NCBI GenBank assembly: GCA_046563655.1
Contig: CM102289.1
Coordinates: forward strand, 2,108,001 to 2,172,000
Source: Yuukianura sp. NJ FZ-2021
Lineage: Eukaryota
Reading direction: 5' to 3'
DNA: 64,000 nucleotides
Shown here piece by piece: positions 37,703 through 49,400 of the stretch; position 1 is the stretch's first letter, and each line of letters opens with the position of its first letter. Made by a program: the position numbers and the translations under genes. The notes beneath the pieces were generated by a model that was given only the letters and a program-made list of their open reading frames with translations, was not told the origin of the DNA and ran no database searches.

Positions 37703-39508
37703 TTGGTACGTAAATCATCCAACGTTGTTTCACATATTCTTCTGCTGGTTTCACAATGTGGTCACAAAAGATGACATTTTCCTTACGTCACTCGGTTTTC
37801 CTGTGTTTATATCCATTCCCGCTGCCAATAATTCAAAACACTACAATGCCGATGTACCCCATTTTCTACCGAATCGAACACTCTACTATCGGGATGAAAA
37901 AAAAACGCTTGAAAACTTTGAAAATTTAGACGTTTTGAAAATTGGTTTTTAGTTAAAAATGTATTTTAATTTCAAAATGAATCTAAACCAAATGTCAAGT
38001 AATTGTCGACACAAGAGTTACAATGCACTAGGACTTACATGTATCTAGTAGTTTCAGTAGTTTAGCAATTAGCATTAACATTTTTGTTACATAATACATT
38101 TTTTATTCAAATTTTTCGTTGTAAACGTTTTACACTTGTAATGCACAGTAGAGTCACTGCGTGCACAGGGTTGAGAATTTGTACTTAGCCTGTTCAATGT
38201 AGTTTTGTGTTAGATAAGCGGTGTTAGACAAGCACAAACCTTACGGAGAACAATGGAATCAACAAAACTTGACCCCTGAAAGGTCATTGTAAATAATGTT
38301 TAATCTTTCGATTCGGATATGAATAAGAGACTTTTGGTAATTCTTTTTCTATCTCTGAACTCTTCTCAGTTTAAGTGGTGTCTCGATAGACTGAACTTTG
38401 TAGACTGTCACAGTCACAGATTAGAATCCATTGTCCAAATATATCCATTTCATTTCATTCTTACTGCACAAGCCTCAAAACAAAGTTCAACACTTACCAA
38501 ATCACCTTCGTAGTTGTTACTCCGGAAAGCACAGTAATTTCTAATTTTGTAATAAGTTTAGTAATTTCCATCTTGTTTCAAAATTATTCAAAATTATGAA
38601 AAAGTCACCAAGAGAAAGTGCGTGGTTCCCGTCGAAATTGTTCTTTTGGTAAAAACAAATTTCATACTAAAAATTTTTTTTCTGTTCTAAATTCACTTCG
38701 AAGCTTCACGTTATTCATAACTGGTCCTGAAATTGTCCCGGAACGGGAGATTCTAAAGAACGAACTATTTAGTTTTTGACAAAATTTTTCAAATTTTGTC
38801 TTTTTTTTGTAGTTGGCTCTGGAAACTTCTGCGTCTGGGATCCAAGCGTGAGTTGGAATTGGACGATGTGTACCAAGTTCTGGACGATGATCGGTCACAA
38901 TTGTTGGGCGACAAACTGGAAAAAACATGGAACGAAGAAGTGACCACGTCGGAAGTAAGGTTTGGGAAGTGGAACGAACTGCCCAGTAATGAAAGTGACA
39001 AAAATCCGTTGCTTGGCAACGACAAAGAGCCGATCCGAAGCAAAAGTGCTCCACGCATGCCCAGCCTCGGGCACGTTCTGTTCCGCGTCTTTGGTACCGA
39101 TTTCCTCCTGCTCGGTATCATTGCATTTATGGACGAATGTGTCATCAGGTCAGTATAAATACACCAAAACAACTTTTTGTTTTTATTTTATTTTTTTTTT
39201 TTTTTGGAAATTTTATGTGTTTTGGACAGGATTTTGCAACCACTGTTCTTGGGTGAGCTGATTCGGTATTTCGGTGGTGAGCTGAGTCCGTTGGAGGGAT
39301 ATTTGTATGCAGGAGGGGTCATCTTGACCTCTGCTTGGTACATCACTGAGCATCATCCTTTCTTCTTTGGTCTACAACATGTCGGCATGCACAGTCGCCT
39401 CGCAGTATCATCTCTTGTTTACAGAAAGGTAAAATAACACGCATTTGATACAGTATGCGGCGTTTGGCAACAGTCCCATTGCCAACCCGCCAAGGATTGA
39501 CATGTATA

Positions 39509-39578
39509 GGACCTGATAGGTCAACAGTTAGAGCTCTTCCTGAATTGAAGAGACGTAGGTTCGAGTCGCACTCGGTTC
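39509..39578 (+). repeat. tRNA-like element in the intron equivalent to 29446-29516
   Basis: ACCTGATAG..AGAGCTCTTCC..TTGAAGAGA..GGTTCGAGTC shared with the copy-2 element. Confidence 0.55.
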
Positions 39579-39951
39579 GTGGTTTTTCCTGCACTGCCAT
39601 TCTTTGACTCTCAATCCGTTCGAGTGACTTGAGCTTCACAACTGCTTATGTAATTTTTAGTTTATGTTTGGAATCGACAAAAAATTGTTTGTTGGTAGGT
39701 CTTAAAGTTGAGCGTGACGGCCCTGCAGAAAACGACGACAGGTCAAATGGTGAACTTTTTGTCCAATGACATGAGTCGATTCGATCAAGCACCACTCATG
39801 ACCTGGTATATCATTGTTGCTCCAGTGCAACTTGCCATTGGTAAAACCAAATTCCCAATTTTAATTGTACTTAAATTAAAGTATTTAGAAATTTTTAGTG
39901 TGAGTATTTACTTGTGTTGTTTTAGTGATTTACATTTTGTGGGGATACTAC

Positions 39952-40323
39952 TGTTGTGGCTTTTCCTTTGTACATTTTTTGAAATAACAAAAACATAGAC
40001 TTTAGAATAGCGTCTACTTTTAGCCTTAGGATAGGGTTAGCGTTGACTTTTATCCTTAAGCTATAGGAAGCGTCTCAACGGTGAAAAAGAAAAAAAATCA
40101 ACACAACATCGATATAGTCTAAGAACAGAATAGCATTAGTATAGGAATACAAGTCATAGTCTTTACTTACACTTCAATTCATTCATTAAGTCAGATTTTA
40201 ACTTCGCACTTTTTCAATTCGCAACTTCTCACGATTAAGTTTAAATTAGTAATTAATAAAATCAAAGTCACAAAATCAATTCAATTGCTCTCCCTAACTG
40301 ATCGTTTGCATCAAAAAGCAACA
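39952..40323 (+). repeat. 5' LTR
   Basis: TGTTGTGGC...AAAAAGCAACA, with AATAAA; appears identical to the 3' LTR. Confidence 0.95.
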
Positions 40324-40462
40324 TTTTATGGTGCCGAAAGACGGTTCCTTGAGCGGATTCATCGGGAGACTACATATAACATCAACCGACGATTTTCGTT
40401 TAAGGTCAAATCATCCATTAACATTACAGTTTGGTTAATTGTTGTTTTCTGAGACTGACAGC

Positions 40463-43400
40463 ATGGCAGCAGGAACAAAAACAACATTGGCTGATCTTCT
40501 CAAGTTACGTCAGAGCCTGGGTCAACAGATTCAGATGCATCACAAGGTCATAGCTATGTACAATGAACAAACACCAATTCCAACAATCAGAACAGCAGAA
40601 AGGGAACTGACCAGAGTCAGGAATGACCTTGACCTACTCCACAACAAGATCATCATCGCCACGACAAACGATGAAGATATTGAAGATCATTCAAGAACCT
40701 ACATAGAGTTTGTCACTCTGATTGGTACCATGAACGAAACGCTGATCACAATTCAGCCGGCACCAATTCCATCATCAGTACCTGGTCCATCAGTTCTTTC
40801 AACTTCTGCTCAGTCACATCACCACAACGTCCATTCTTACTTTCCGAAGATGTCATTACCAACTTTCGACGGAAAGTACGAAGATTGGCTCACATTTCGC
40901 GATTTATTTCGCAGTACCATCATCAACAATACCACCTTACCTAATAGTGTCAAGTTCTGGTACCTCCACTCCGCTCTCAAGGGTGAAGCTGCTACCGTCA
41001 TCAAGGGCACTCCTATCACTGATGACAACTTCCAAGGAGCATGGCAGCTGATGGAGGAACGGTACCATAACCGAAGAGAACTCATCTTTACATTGATTGA
41101 GAAATTGGTCAACTTTCCAAAACTGAAACAAGAAAATTCCACTCAGTTAAGGAAATTGATCGATTGTTTCAAGGAGTCTCTCACACAGTTAGAGACCCTC
41201 AACGAACCAACAGAACACTGGGATTCCATCATCGTCTATCTTCTAAAAGAAAAGATGGATCCAGACTGCCGCCGTGACTGGACCAAGCAACTAAAAGGCT
41301 CAGAGGTTCCGAACTTTTCCGAAACAAAGGAATTTCTGGAAAACTACATTCGGGGACTCAAATCCACTGGATCTTCATCGTCCTCCGGATCCTCTAGCCA
41401 AAGTAAGGCTCACTCCAGTTTCACCGAAAGCAAGTCAAATGAACAAAAACATAAGTTCACTTGTCCACAGTGCCAAGGTGAACATGGCTTGTTCAAATGT
41501 GACAAGTGGCTACAGTTAAGTGTAAAAGACAGATTCAGTTTTGTCAAGAAGAAAAACCTTTGCACTAACTGTCTCAGTTCCAAGCATAATGTAGGAAAGT
41601 GCCAGTCCAAGTACAGATGTCGGACATGTCAAGAGCCACACAACACGTTACTTCACTTTGACACAGCGAAGGCTCTCTCTACGTCACAACAGAATGATGT
41701 GGAGACTTCAACATTGGCAAATCATTGCTCCACCTCCAAGGTACTGTTAAGTACTGCCGTTGTCAAACTGATCGATGCAGCAGGCGAATTCCAAGAATGT
41801 CGTATCCTATTGGATCAGGGGTCAGAGTCAAACTTCATCTCCGACCACTGTGTGACGAAACTTGGACTTGCACGTAAGAAGTCGAATGTAACCATTGTTG
41901 GAATTTCAGGTTCAAATGCTGGGAAGGCACTTGGTCAAGTCACATTTGACTTGTGCTCACGCATTTCTAATTTCAAAATTCATGTAAATGCATTAATTTT
42001 GCAAAAAGTCACAGGTTTTTTGCCCTCATTTAAAATCAATTCTCAGAAGTGGACTCACCTCATGGGGATACAATTGGCAGATCCCAATTACACAAATCCC
42101 AGAGACGTGGACATAATTCTAGGAGCTGAGTTCACCGCTTCCGTCACACTCAGTGGCAAAATCATGGGCCCGCCTCAGACTCCAATTGCACAGGAGACAA
42201 CATTTGGTTGGGTCATCTCAGGGCCAACGGGTACAACCAGTCAACCCACTGTTCACGTCAACCATGCCAGTGTTGACATTTTACAGAAATTCTGGGAACT
42301 GGAGGAACTACCGAAGCGGCCCAACTACACAATCGAGGAGCAATTTTGCGAGGACCATTTCGTCGCTACTCACACTCGAAATGAGGAGGGAAGGTACGTC
42401 GTAAGGTTGCCACTTAATGAAAACATTTCCAAACTAGGTGACAGCCGCGACATCGCAGTACGCAGACTCCAACAAGTGGAAAAAAGGCTACGACTTAACC
42501 CAGTCCATCATCCTGACTACATCAAGTTCATGGATGAATATCAAAAATTGGGTCACATGGAAGTAGCGACAGCGAAAAAACTTCCACCTGGGTCAAAGGT
42601 CGTCTTCCTTCCACACCACTTTGTACTGAAGGAGTCCAGCACCACCACCAAACTACGAGTCGTTTTTGACGGCTCCGCCAAGACATCCAGTGACATTTCA
42701 CTTAACCAATGTCTTCAGGTGGGTCCAACGGTACAAGGTGACATTTTCACCTTACTCCTACGGTTCCGTAAGTACCCAATCGCATTGAAGGGTGATGTAA
42801 CCAAAATGTACAGGCAATTTTTGGTACATGAGAATGATCAATGTTTACAATCGATTTTGTGGCGAAAGTCTCACCTTGACCCCATACAGGAATTTAGGTT
42901 GAAGACAATCACCTACGGTACAGCCTCAGCTCCTTTCTCCGCGGTCAGATGCCTTCGTCAACTGGCATTTGATGACGGGAACAAATTCCCATTGGCCAAA
43001 GACGCACTTCTCAACAACTTCTACGTTGATGACTTTATGGGGGGAAGTGAGACAGAGGCAGAAACCATCAAGCTTCGTCAGGAATTGACAGCATTAGTAA
43101 GTTGTGCAAAGTTGGAAATCTGTAAGTTTGATTCCAACTCAACTTCTGTGTTAAAATCAATTCCTGAGAAATTATGCGAATTTAACCCTAACATTGATGC
43201 AAATTCTCAAAATGATTCCAAAGCTTTAGGGGTGTCTTGGGACTCAAGGTCAGACACTTTTCATTTCTCAGGTTATGAGCCCAAGGCCATGACCAAACTC
43301 ACAAAACGGACAGTTTTGGCAGAAATTTCACGGGTTTTTGATCCGTTGGGTTTTTTGGCGCCATTGACCATAGTGGCAAAAATCTTCCTACAGAAGCTTT

Positions 43401-45643
43401 GGCTGGAGGCAGTCAACTCTAAGCGCCTACAATGGGACGACGAGTTACCAGCCGAACTTCAGGAACAATGGACACAACACCAAGGTCATATGGTAAACAT
43501 TTGTAAGGTCAAAATTCCTCGGTGCATTAAACCCGCGGGAAATTTAAAACTCGAAATTCATGCATTTTCGGATGCATCTGAAAGTGCTTACTGTGGTGCA
43601 GTTTTTTTGAGAGTCTTTTTTCAGAATTCCATCACAGTCAACCTTATTGCAGCCAAAACCAAGGTCGCTCCACTCAAGCAACAAAGTCTCCCCAAGTTGG
43701 AACTTTGTGGAGCTCACCTCGTCTCCAAACTCGTCATGTCAATTTTGGAGTCTACAAAAATCAATGCACAAGTCACTGCCTGGTCTGACAGCGAAATTGT
43801 GCTGAAATGGCTCCGCCTACAGTCACGCCAATTAAAAACATTTGTTGCCAACCGAGTCTCAGCCATTCAGGAGAAGATTCCAGCCAAGTCCTGGAAGTTC
43901 ATCCCAGGATTACAAAATCCTGCTGATTGTGGCACTCGAAGGATGACTTCAACTGAACTTCTGAACTGCGATTTATGGTGGCACGGACCTTCTTTTCTTC
44001 AAAAACGTGGAATTACTACGTTTGAAACACCGGACGTAAGTCAAATTCCAGAGGTACGTAAGGTTTTGACCTCAAAGGTCGTAGGTGATTTTACAATTTT
44101 GTCAAGATTCTCAAATTTGAACAAACTGATTCATGTCATATGCTATGTAAAAAGGTTTGTCAATAACTTAAAAGTTCATACAGGTCACTGCCATCCAAAA
44201 GTTTTAACTGTCAATGGTCCTCTGACAGTGGAGGAACGGGCATGCGCAGTTTCAACTTTGGTCAAATTGGCACAACAACAGGATTTCCAACAGGAATTGG
44301 ACGACCTCAAGGTCAAGGGCAAAGTTTCAAACGAATCAAAGTTGGCTGCTCTATCTCCATTTCAAGACAGGCATGGAATTCTGCGCATTGGAGGGAGACT
44401 TGGCAATTCGTCACTCCCAGAATCTCAAAAACATCAAATTATTCTGAACGGAAAAAATCCATTGGCTACTCTCATCATCAGGAACAAGCATCACCAGCTA
44501 CATCATGCCGGATATCAGTTGCTCTGGTCCAATCTTCAGACTGAGTACTGGTTCCTGAAGGCTAGAGTCGTCATCCGCCAAATTCTACGACTTTGCATGA
44601 CGTGCAAAAAACTCAAGGTCAAGGTCACGGAGCAACTCATGGGTCAACTTCCAAAGGGCAGAACGAATCCATCACCTCCGTTCACTCACGCAGGAGTGGA
44701 TTTCGCTGGCCCCTTCGTACTACAGGAATTGACTGGGCGTGGTAAAAAACATTTTAATGGGTATTTTTGTATTTTTGTATGTTTTGCCACCAAGGCAGTA
44801 CATTTGGAAGCAGTCACAGCACTTTCTACGGAGGCTTTCATAGCCACCCTCAAACGTTTTGTCTCCAGGAGAGGATTGCCAGTCGCAATTTACAGCGACT
44901 GTGGCTCTAACTTCGTGGGAGCAGAGCGTGAACTGAGGGAATTGGTTCAAAACCAAAAATTCAACTCAGCAGTCTGCGACTTTTTAGGTGACAGAGGTGT
45001 CCAGTGGCACTTCAACCCACCCTCTGCACCAAGTCAAGGAGGGTATTGGGAAGCTGGGGTCAAAAGCACCAAGTACCACCTACGTCGCATCATTGGTACC
45101 ACTACGCTCACTTTAGAAGAGCTGTTCACTGTCCTCTGTCAGGTTGAGGCAGTGTTAAATTCTAGACCAATTTGTCCTCTGTCTCCAGATCCTAATGATT
45201 TGGAACCATTAACACCAGGTCATTTTCTTATTAATAATGCTCTTTGTGCTATTCCAGATCCTGACTTGACCAATCAAAAGGAGAACAGACTCTCCAGGTG
45301 GCAAAGAACCACTCAAATGGTCCAGCACTTCTGGACTCGTTGGCACAAAGAGTACATTAACTCCCTTCAAGAAAAGAACAAGTGGAGGAGTCAAAACCGG
45401 AACATTGCAGTCGGTGACTTGGTCATCATCAAGGAAGATGACACTCCACAACTCAAATGGCGCATGGGCAGAGTTTTGGAAACGTTTCCTGGCCCAGACG
45501 GACTTGTTCGTGTCGTCAAACTGAAGACGAACAAGGACTCAGTCAAACGTCCAGTCTCAAAAGTCTGCGTTTTGCTGCCGGCAGAAGATCAAAACAGCGA
45601 TGATCCTGCCATTTACCGCATGAAACGACAACTACCAAATTAG
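40463..45643 (+). CDS. BEL/Pao gag-pol polyprotein (Gag with three Zn knuckles, protease, RT, RNase H, integrase)
   Basis: LPTFDG Gag; CPQCQGEH..C, CTNCLSSKH..C, CRTCQEPHNTLLH; protease LLDQGS; RT KLRVVFDGS, GDVTKMY, YVDD; RNase H FSDAS..LPKLEL; integrase GVDFAGP, SDCGSNF, GGYWEAGV. First ATG at 40463; the ORF track starts at TTG 40439. Confidence 0.96.
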   Translation: MAAGTKTTLADLLKLRQSLGQQIQMHHKVIAMYNEQTPIPTIRTAERELTRVRNDLDLLHNKIIIATTNDEDIEDHSRTYIEFVTLIGTMNETLITIQPAPIPSSVPGPSVLSTSAQSHHHNVHSYFPKMSLPTFDGKYEDWLTFRDLFRSTIINNTTLPNSVKFWYLHSALKGEAATVIKGTPITDDNFQGAWQLMEERYHNRRELIFTLIEKLVNFPKLKQENSTQLRKLIDCFKESLTQLETLNEPTEHWDSIIVYLLKEKMDPDCRRDWTKQLKGSEVPNFSETKEFLENYIRGLKSTGSSSSSGSSSQSKAHSSFTESKSNEQKHKFTCPQCQGEHGLFKCDKWLQLSVKDRFSFVKKKNLCTNCLSSKHNVGKCQSKYRCRTCQEPHNTLLHFDTAKALSTSQQNDVETSTLANHCSTSKVLLSTAVVKLIDAAGEFQECRILLDQGSESNFISDHCVTKLGLARKKSNVTIVGISGSNAGKALGQVTFDLCSRISNFKIHVNALILQKVTGFLPSFKINSQKWTHLMGIQLADPNYTNPRDVDIILGAEFTASVTLSGKIMGPPQTPIAQETTFGWVISGPTGTTSQPTVHVNHASVDILQKFWELEELPKRPNYTIEEQFCEDHFVATHTRNEEGRYVVRLPLNENISKLGDSRDIAVRRLQQVEKRLRLNPVHHPDYIKFMDEYQKLGHMEVATAKKLPPGSKVVFLPHHFVLKESSTTTKLRVVFDGSAKTSSDISLNQCLQVGPTVQGDIFTLLLRFRKYPIALKGDVTKMYRQFLVHENDQCLQSILWRKSHLDPIQEFRLKTITYGTASAPFSAVRCLRQLAFDDGNKFPLAKDALLNNFYVDDFMGGSETEAETIKLRQELTALVSCAKLEICKFDSNSTSVLKSIPEKLCEFNPNIDANSQNDSKALGVSWDSRSDTFHFSGYEPKAMTKLTKRTVLAEISRVFDPLGFLAPLTIVAKIFLQKLWLEAVNSKRLQWDDELPAELQEQWTQHQGHMVNICKVKIPRCIKPAGNLKLEIHAFSDASESAYCGAVFLRVFFQNSITVNLIAAKTKVAPLKQQSLPKLELCGAHLVSKLVMSILESTKINAQVTAWSDSEIVLKWLRLQSRQLKTFVANRVSAIQEKIPAKSWKFIPGLQNPADCGTRRMTSTELLNCDLWWHGPSFLQKRGITTFETPDVSQIPEVRKVLTSKVVGDFTILSRFSNLNKLIHVICYVKRFVNNLKVHTGHCHPKVLTVNGPLTVEERACAVSTLVKLAQQQDFQQELDDLKVKGKVSNESKLAALSPFQDRHGILRIGGRLGNSSLPESQKHQIILNGKNPLATLIIRNKHHQLHHAGYQLLWSNLQTEYWFLKARVVIRQILRLCMTCKKLKVKVTEQLMGQLPKGRTNPSPPFTHAGVDFAGPFVLQELTGRGKKHFNGYFCIFVCFATKAVHLEAVTALSTEAFIATLKRFVSRRGLPVAIYSDCGSNFVGAERELRELVQNQKFNSAVCDFLGDRGVQWHFNPPSAPSQGGYWEAGVKSTKYHLRRIIGTTTLTLEELFTVLCQVEAVLNSRPICPLSPDPNDLEPLTPGHFLINNALCAIPDPDLTNQKENRLSRWQRTTQMVQHFWTRWHKEYINSLQEKNKWRSQNRNIAVGDLVIIKEDDTPQLKWRMGRVLETFPGPDGLVRVVKLKTNKDSVKRPVSKVCVLLPAEDQNSDDPAIYRMKRQLPN

Positions 45644-46114
45644 TCAATTCGAAAATCATCAATCTACCAAGTTTGTATCCCAAATTAACTTTAATTTTAA
45701 TCATACATTAATTTTAGAGTAGTAACTCAATTTTTAACTTTAGTTCGTACCATTCACATACTTCAATTTTCAAAACACATTTTAATTTTAGTCTACTTTT
45801 CATAGGGTAGCGGAAAACGCAACATGCAGAGCCTATTTTCACTTTAAAATTCAATTCAGCACTTAAAAGTGCAATCGTCATGCATCTCAGATCGATGCCC
45901 TACATTTCTCCTGCTGTCTGTCACCTTTCAACAAGGTCATGCAAACGGCAAATCCTGTCAGCTCCAGCAGGAGAGGGACTTAGTCCACCCCTCAGCCACC
46001 GATGTTGAAGGGCCCTTTCTTTCACAACATTCCCAGCAAAGATCTGAGATTCATGTCGCTTTTTCATTTTCATTTTTTGCAAAATTAGACTCAGGTCTAA
46101 TTTGGGGCCCGGCA

Positions 46115-46486
46115 TGTTGTGGCTTTTCCTTTGTACATTTTTTGAAATAACAAAAACATAGACTTTAGAATAGCGTCTACTTTTAGCCTTAGGATAGGGT
46201 TAGCGTTGACTTTTATCCTTAAGCTATAGGAAGCGTCTCAACGGTGAAAAAGAAAAAAAATCAACACAACATCGATATAGTCTAAGAACAGAATAGCATT
46301 AGTATAGGAATACAAGTCATAGTCTTTACTTACACTTCAATTCATTCATTAAGTCAGATTTTAACTTCGCACTTTTTCAATTCGCAACTTCTCACGATTA
46401 AGTTTAAATTAGTAATTAATAAAATCAAAGTCACAAAATCAATTCAATTGCTCTCCCTAACTGATCGTTTGCATCAAAAAGCAACA
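46115..46486 (+). repeat. 3' LTR
   Basis: Same 372-bp sequence, preceded by GGGGCCCGGCA and followed by TSD ACTAC. Confidence 0.95.
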
Positions 46487-49400
46487 ACTACTCTTACGTC
46501 TGTCTCGTAGGCGTTGGATTTTTGATTCTCTTCGTTCCATTTCAAAGTAAAATTTTGTCTAAAAATTGCACCCAAATTATCCCTGCAAATTTCACTTTTT
46601 TATTAACAAACTGTTAGGTCTTATGGGGAATTTGTTTGGGCGAATGCGAAAAGCCGTAGCTGGACGGACTGACAAGAGAATCCGTATTATCAACGAAATC
46701 ATCAGTGCCATCAGAGTGATCAAGCAAGTTTTCAAAACACATTTTAATATAAATTTTTAATTTTGTAAGGAAATTGAACAACAAGGTAACGCAAAATTTA
46801 TGTATATATTATGTACATTATGTATATTATATTATTTATTTATATTTGTGATATTTAGAATGTACACTTGGGAGGATCCGTACGCTCAAATGGTTGCCGA
46901 AGCCAGATCGTAAAACCAAATTTTGAAATATTTTAGTATATTTTATTATTAACTATTTTTTATATTTATTTAGTGACGAAATTCGTGCTCTGACGACAGT
47001 TGCCAACTTGAAGGCCATCAACCTCAGTCTCTTCAACGTTTTATCTAAAATTGTCATTTTCATTACACTTCTAACTTATGTCCTAACGGGGAATAGTCTA
47101 ACGGCAGAAAAGGTCAGTGACCTCGAATTTTTTTTTGAATTCTAGAAGTTCACCTCAAACTCAATCCAATTTTTGTTTCTTTTTAGGTATTTGTGACATT
47201 GGCTCTTTACAACAACGTCAGGCTGGTGCTCACCCTATTTTTTCGTAATAAGCCAAAAGCATAAAAACTATGCAAAAATTGATGGTGTATTACTTTGTAC
47301 ATAAAAATGTATTTTGAAAACTTAATTTTCAGCATTTGGAATAGCCAGCGCAGCAGAATTTTTTATCTCCGTTCGTAGGTTGCAGGTAACCACACTCAGA
47401 ATCTTCAAGTTTTTCAAATTCTAGGATTTTTTTTTCAAAATTGAAGAAAGCATTTAGGAAATTGATTGGCTAATCAACTGTTATTTTTTTTTCCAGAATT
47501 TTTTGCTACTGGAAGAAAAAAAGGTTATCGGCTCCGCTCCGAAAACTCCCACAATCGACCAATCGACTCCCAGAAATCGGAGAGTAAGCGGTGGAGCCAT
47601 TGGGCTTACCATTAAAAATTTACAAGCAAAGTGGAGTCCAGATCAAGACGAATGGACGCTTGACAACATTTCACTCCAGGTCAGACGAGGTCAACTCGTA
47701 GCAGTCATCGGAACAGTCGGATCTGCAAAGGTCAGCACACAGCTGTCAACAGCCGAATTTGCATTTTTGCGTCCATCATCGTTCAACTTTTGTTTTCCTT
47801 CATAGAGTTCCCTCTTACATGCAATTCTCGGAGAGTTGCCGACCAGCGGAGGTCAAATTGAGGTCAACGGCGGTTTGGCCTATGCTTCTCAAGAACCTTG
47901 GATTTTCTCTGGCACAGTTCGGTCCAACATCCTACTGGGCAAACCATACAATGCTGCATGGTACTCGAGAGTGGTCCACGCATGCGCACTGTCCAAGGAC
48001 TTTGACTTGCTGCCCCAAGGCGACCAGTCACTCGTCGGTGACCGTGGAATTTCCCTCAGCGGTGGGCAGAAAGCAAGAGTCAACTTGGCTCGTGCTGTCT
48101 ACGCTGACCGTGAAATCTACTTGCTCGATGACCCGCTGAGTGCCGTCGACGCTGAAGTGGGGAAGCATCTATTTGAACGCTGCATTCGCGGCATTCTGAG
48201 CAGCAAAGTCGTCATTCTCGTCACACACCAAATTCAGTTTCTCAAACCGTCTGATCGAATTCTGATTCTGGACAATGGAAAAATGAAAGCCAGTGGAACA
48301 CTTCTGGGACTCAAGCAAAGTGGAATTGATTTTGCAGAGTTACTGCATCAAACGGAAGAAGCAGGAACAGCCACGGTTTTGCCTGAAACTAGCCCGGCCG
48401 CCTATAAACCGAGTCTGCGCAAGATTTCGTCCGACGTAGGACTGGCTAGTCGCTTGGCGTCGATGGAGATGTCTGGCTGTGAAGAATTTCGAAATCCAGT
48501 GACTGAATTTGAAGACGGTCTCACTCGAAGTCACGGTCCAATGTAAGTAAAAATTCCAAAAACTAAAAGTTTTGAGTTTTTTCATAGTGAAACTTCCTAT
48601 TTTTTTCTGGTTTGTAGAACTTTTGTATCGCAGAAAGGAGAAGATGAAGACGCTGCATTTGGGAGTTCGGGTTCAAAAAGTTATGGAACTTTTGGAAAAG
48701 TTGAAACAATGAAAGAAGCTGCTGCAGAAGAAGCTCGATCAAGTGGAAGTATTTCGTTTGGTTTGTACTGGAAGTACATGCGTTCTGGATCCAACTGTTG
48801 CTATTTATTCATCCTGTTGTTTAGCACTATTTTGGCTCAAACGGCATTCACAGGATCAGATTTTTTCCTTCAATTTTGGTAACTTTCTTTCTGAAAATCA
48901 TAACTAATAGTGCTTATGCAATGCGCTTGTGCAATATAATCTTTTTCTGTTTGAATTTAGGACAGAGTTAGAAGAGAATCCACCACAAGTCGCCAACTCA
49001 TCAAAAATAACAAACGACACGACAGCATCTACGGCATGGTGGACTTCAGTAGAGATCGCTGTCCTGACAGATCGAAATGTCCAAATTGGAATCTACTCTG
49101 CAATTATCCTTCTGCTTTTCATCACTACTCTCATGCGCACACTCACTTTTACTAAAATTTGTCTCACGGCATCAGTCAACCTCCATAAAAATTTGTTCAA
49201 AGGCGTACTCAGGTCTCCCATGGTCTTTTTTGAAACTAATCCTGTCGGTAAGTCTGGAATTTTTAACAACAGAAGTCCCGCACACGTCAGAAAAATCACA
49301 ACACAAAAAACGGTTATTTGAAATCCAAAGTTGTTTTTGGTTTCAGGACGCATTTTGAATCGGTTTTCGAGAGATATTGGAGTGATTGATGAATACTTAC

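Larger units (their letters stand above)
39952..46486 (+). mobile_element. Full-length BEL/Pao LTR retrotransposon
   Basis: Two 372-bp TG..CA LTRs, 5-bp TSD ACTAC, PBS TGGTGCCGAAA (matches the 3' end of tRNA-Phe) after the 5' LTR, single gag-pol ORF. Confidence 0.97.

Noticed and set aside
45869..46150. env-like second ORF in the retrotransposon
   Set aside because: Short, non-ATG start, no signal or fusion features; likely untranslated 3' region
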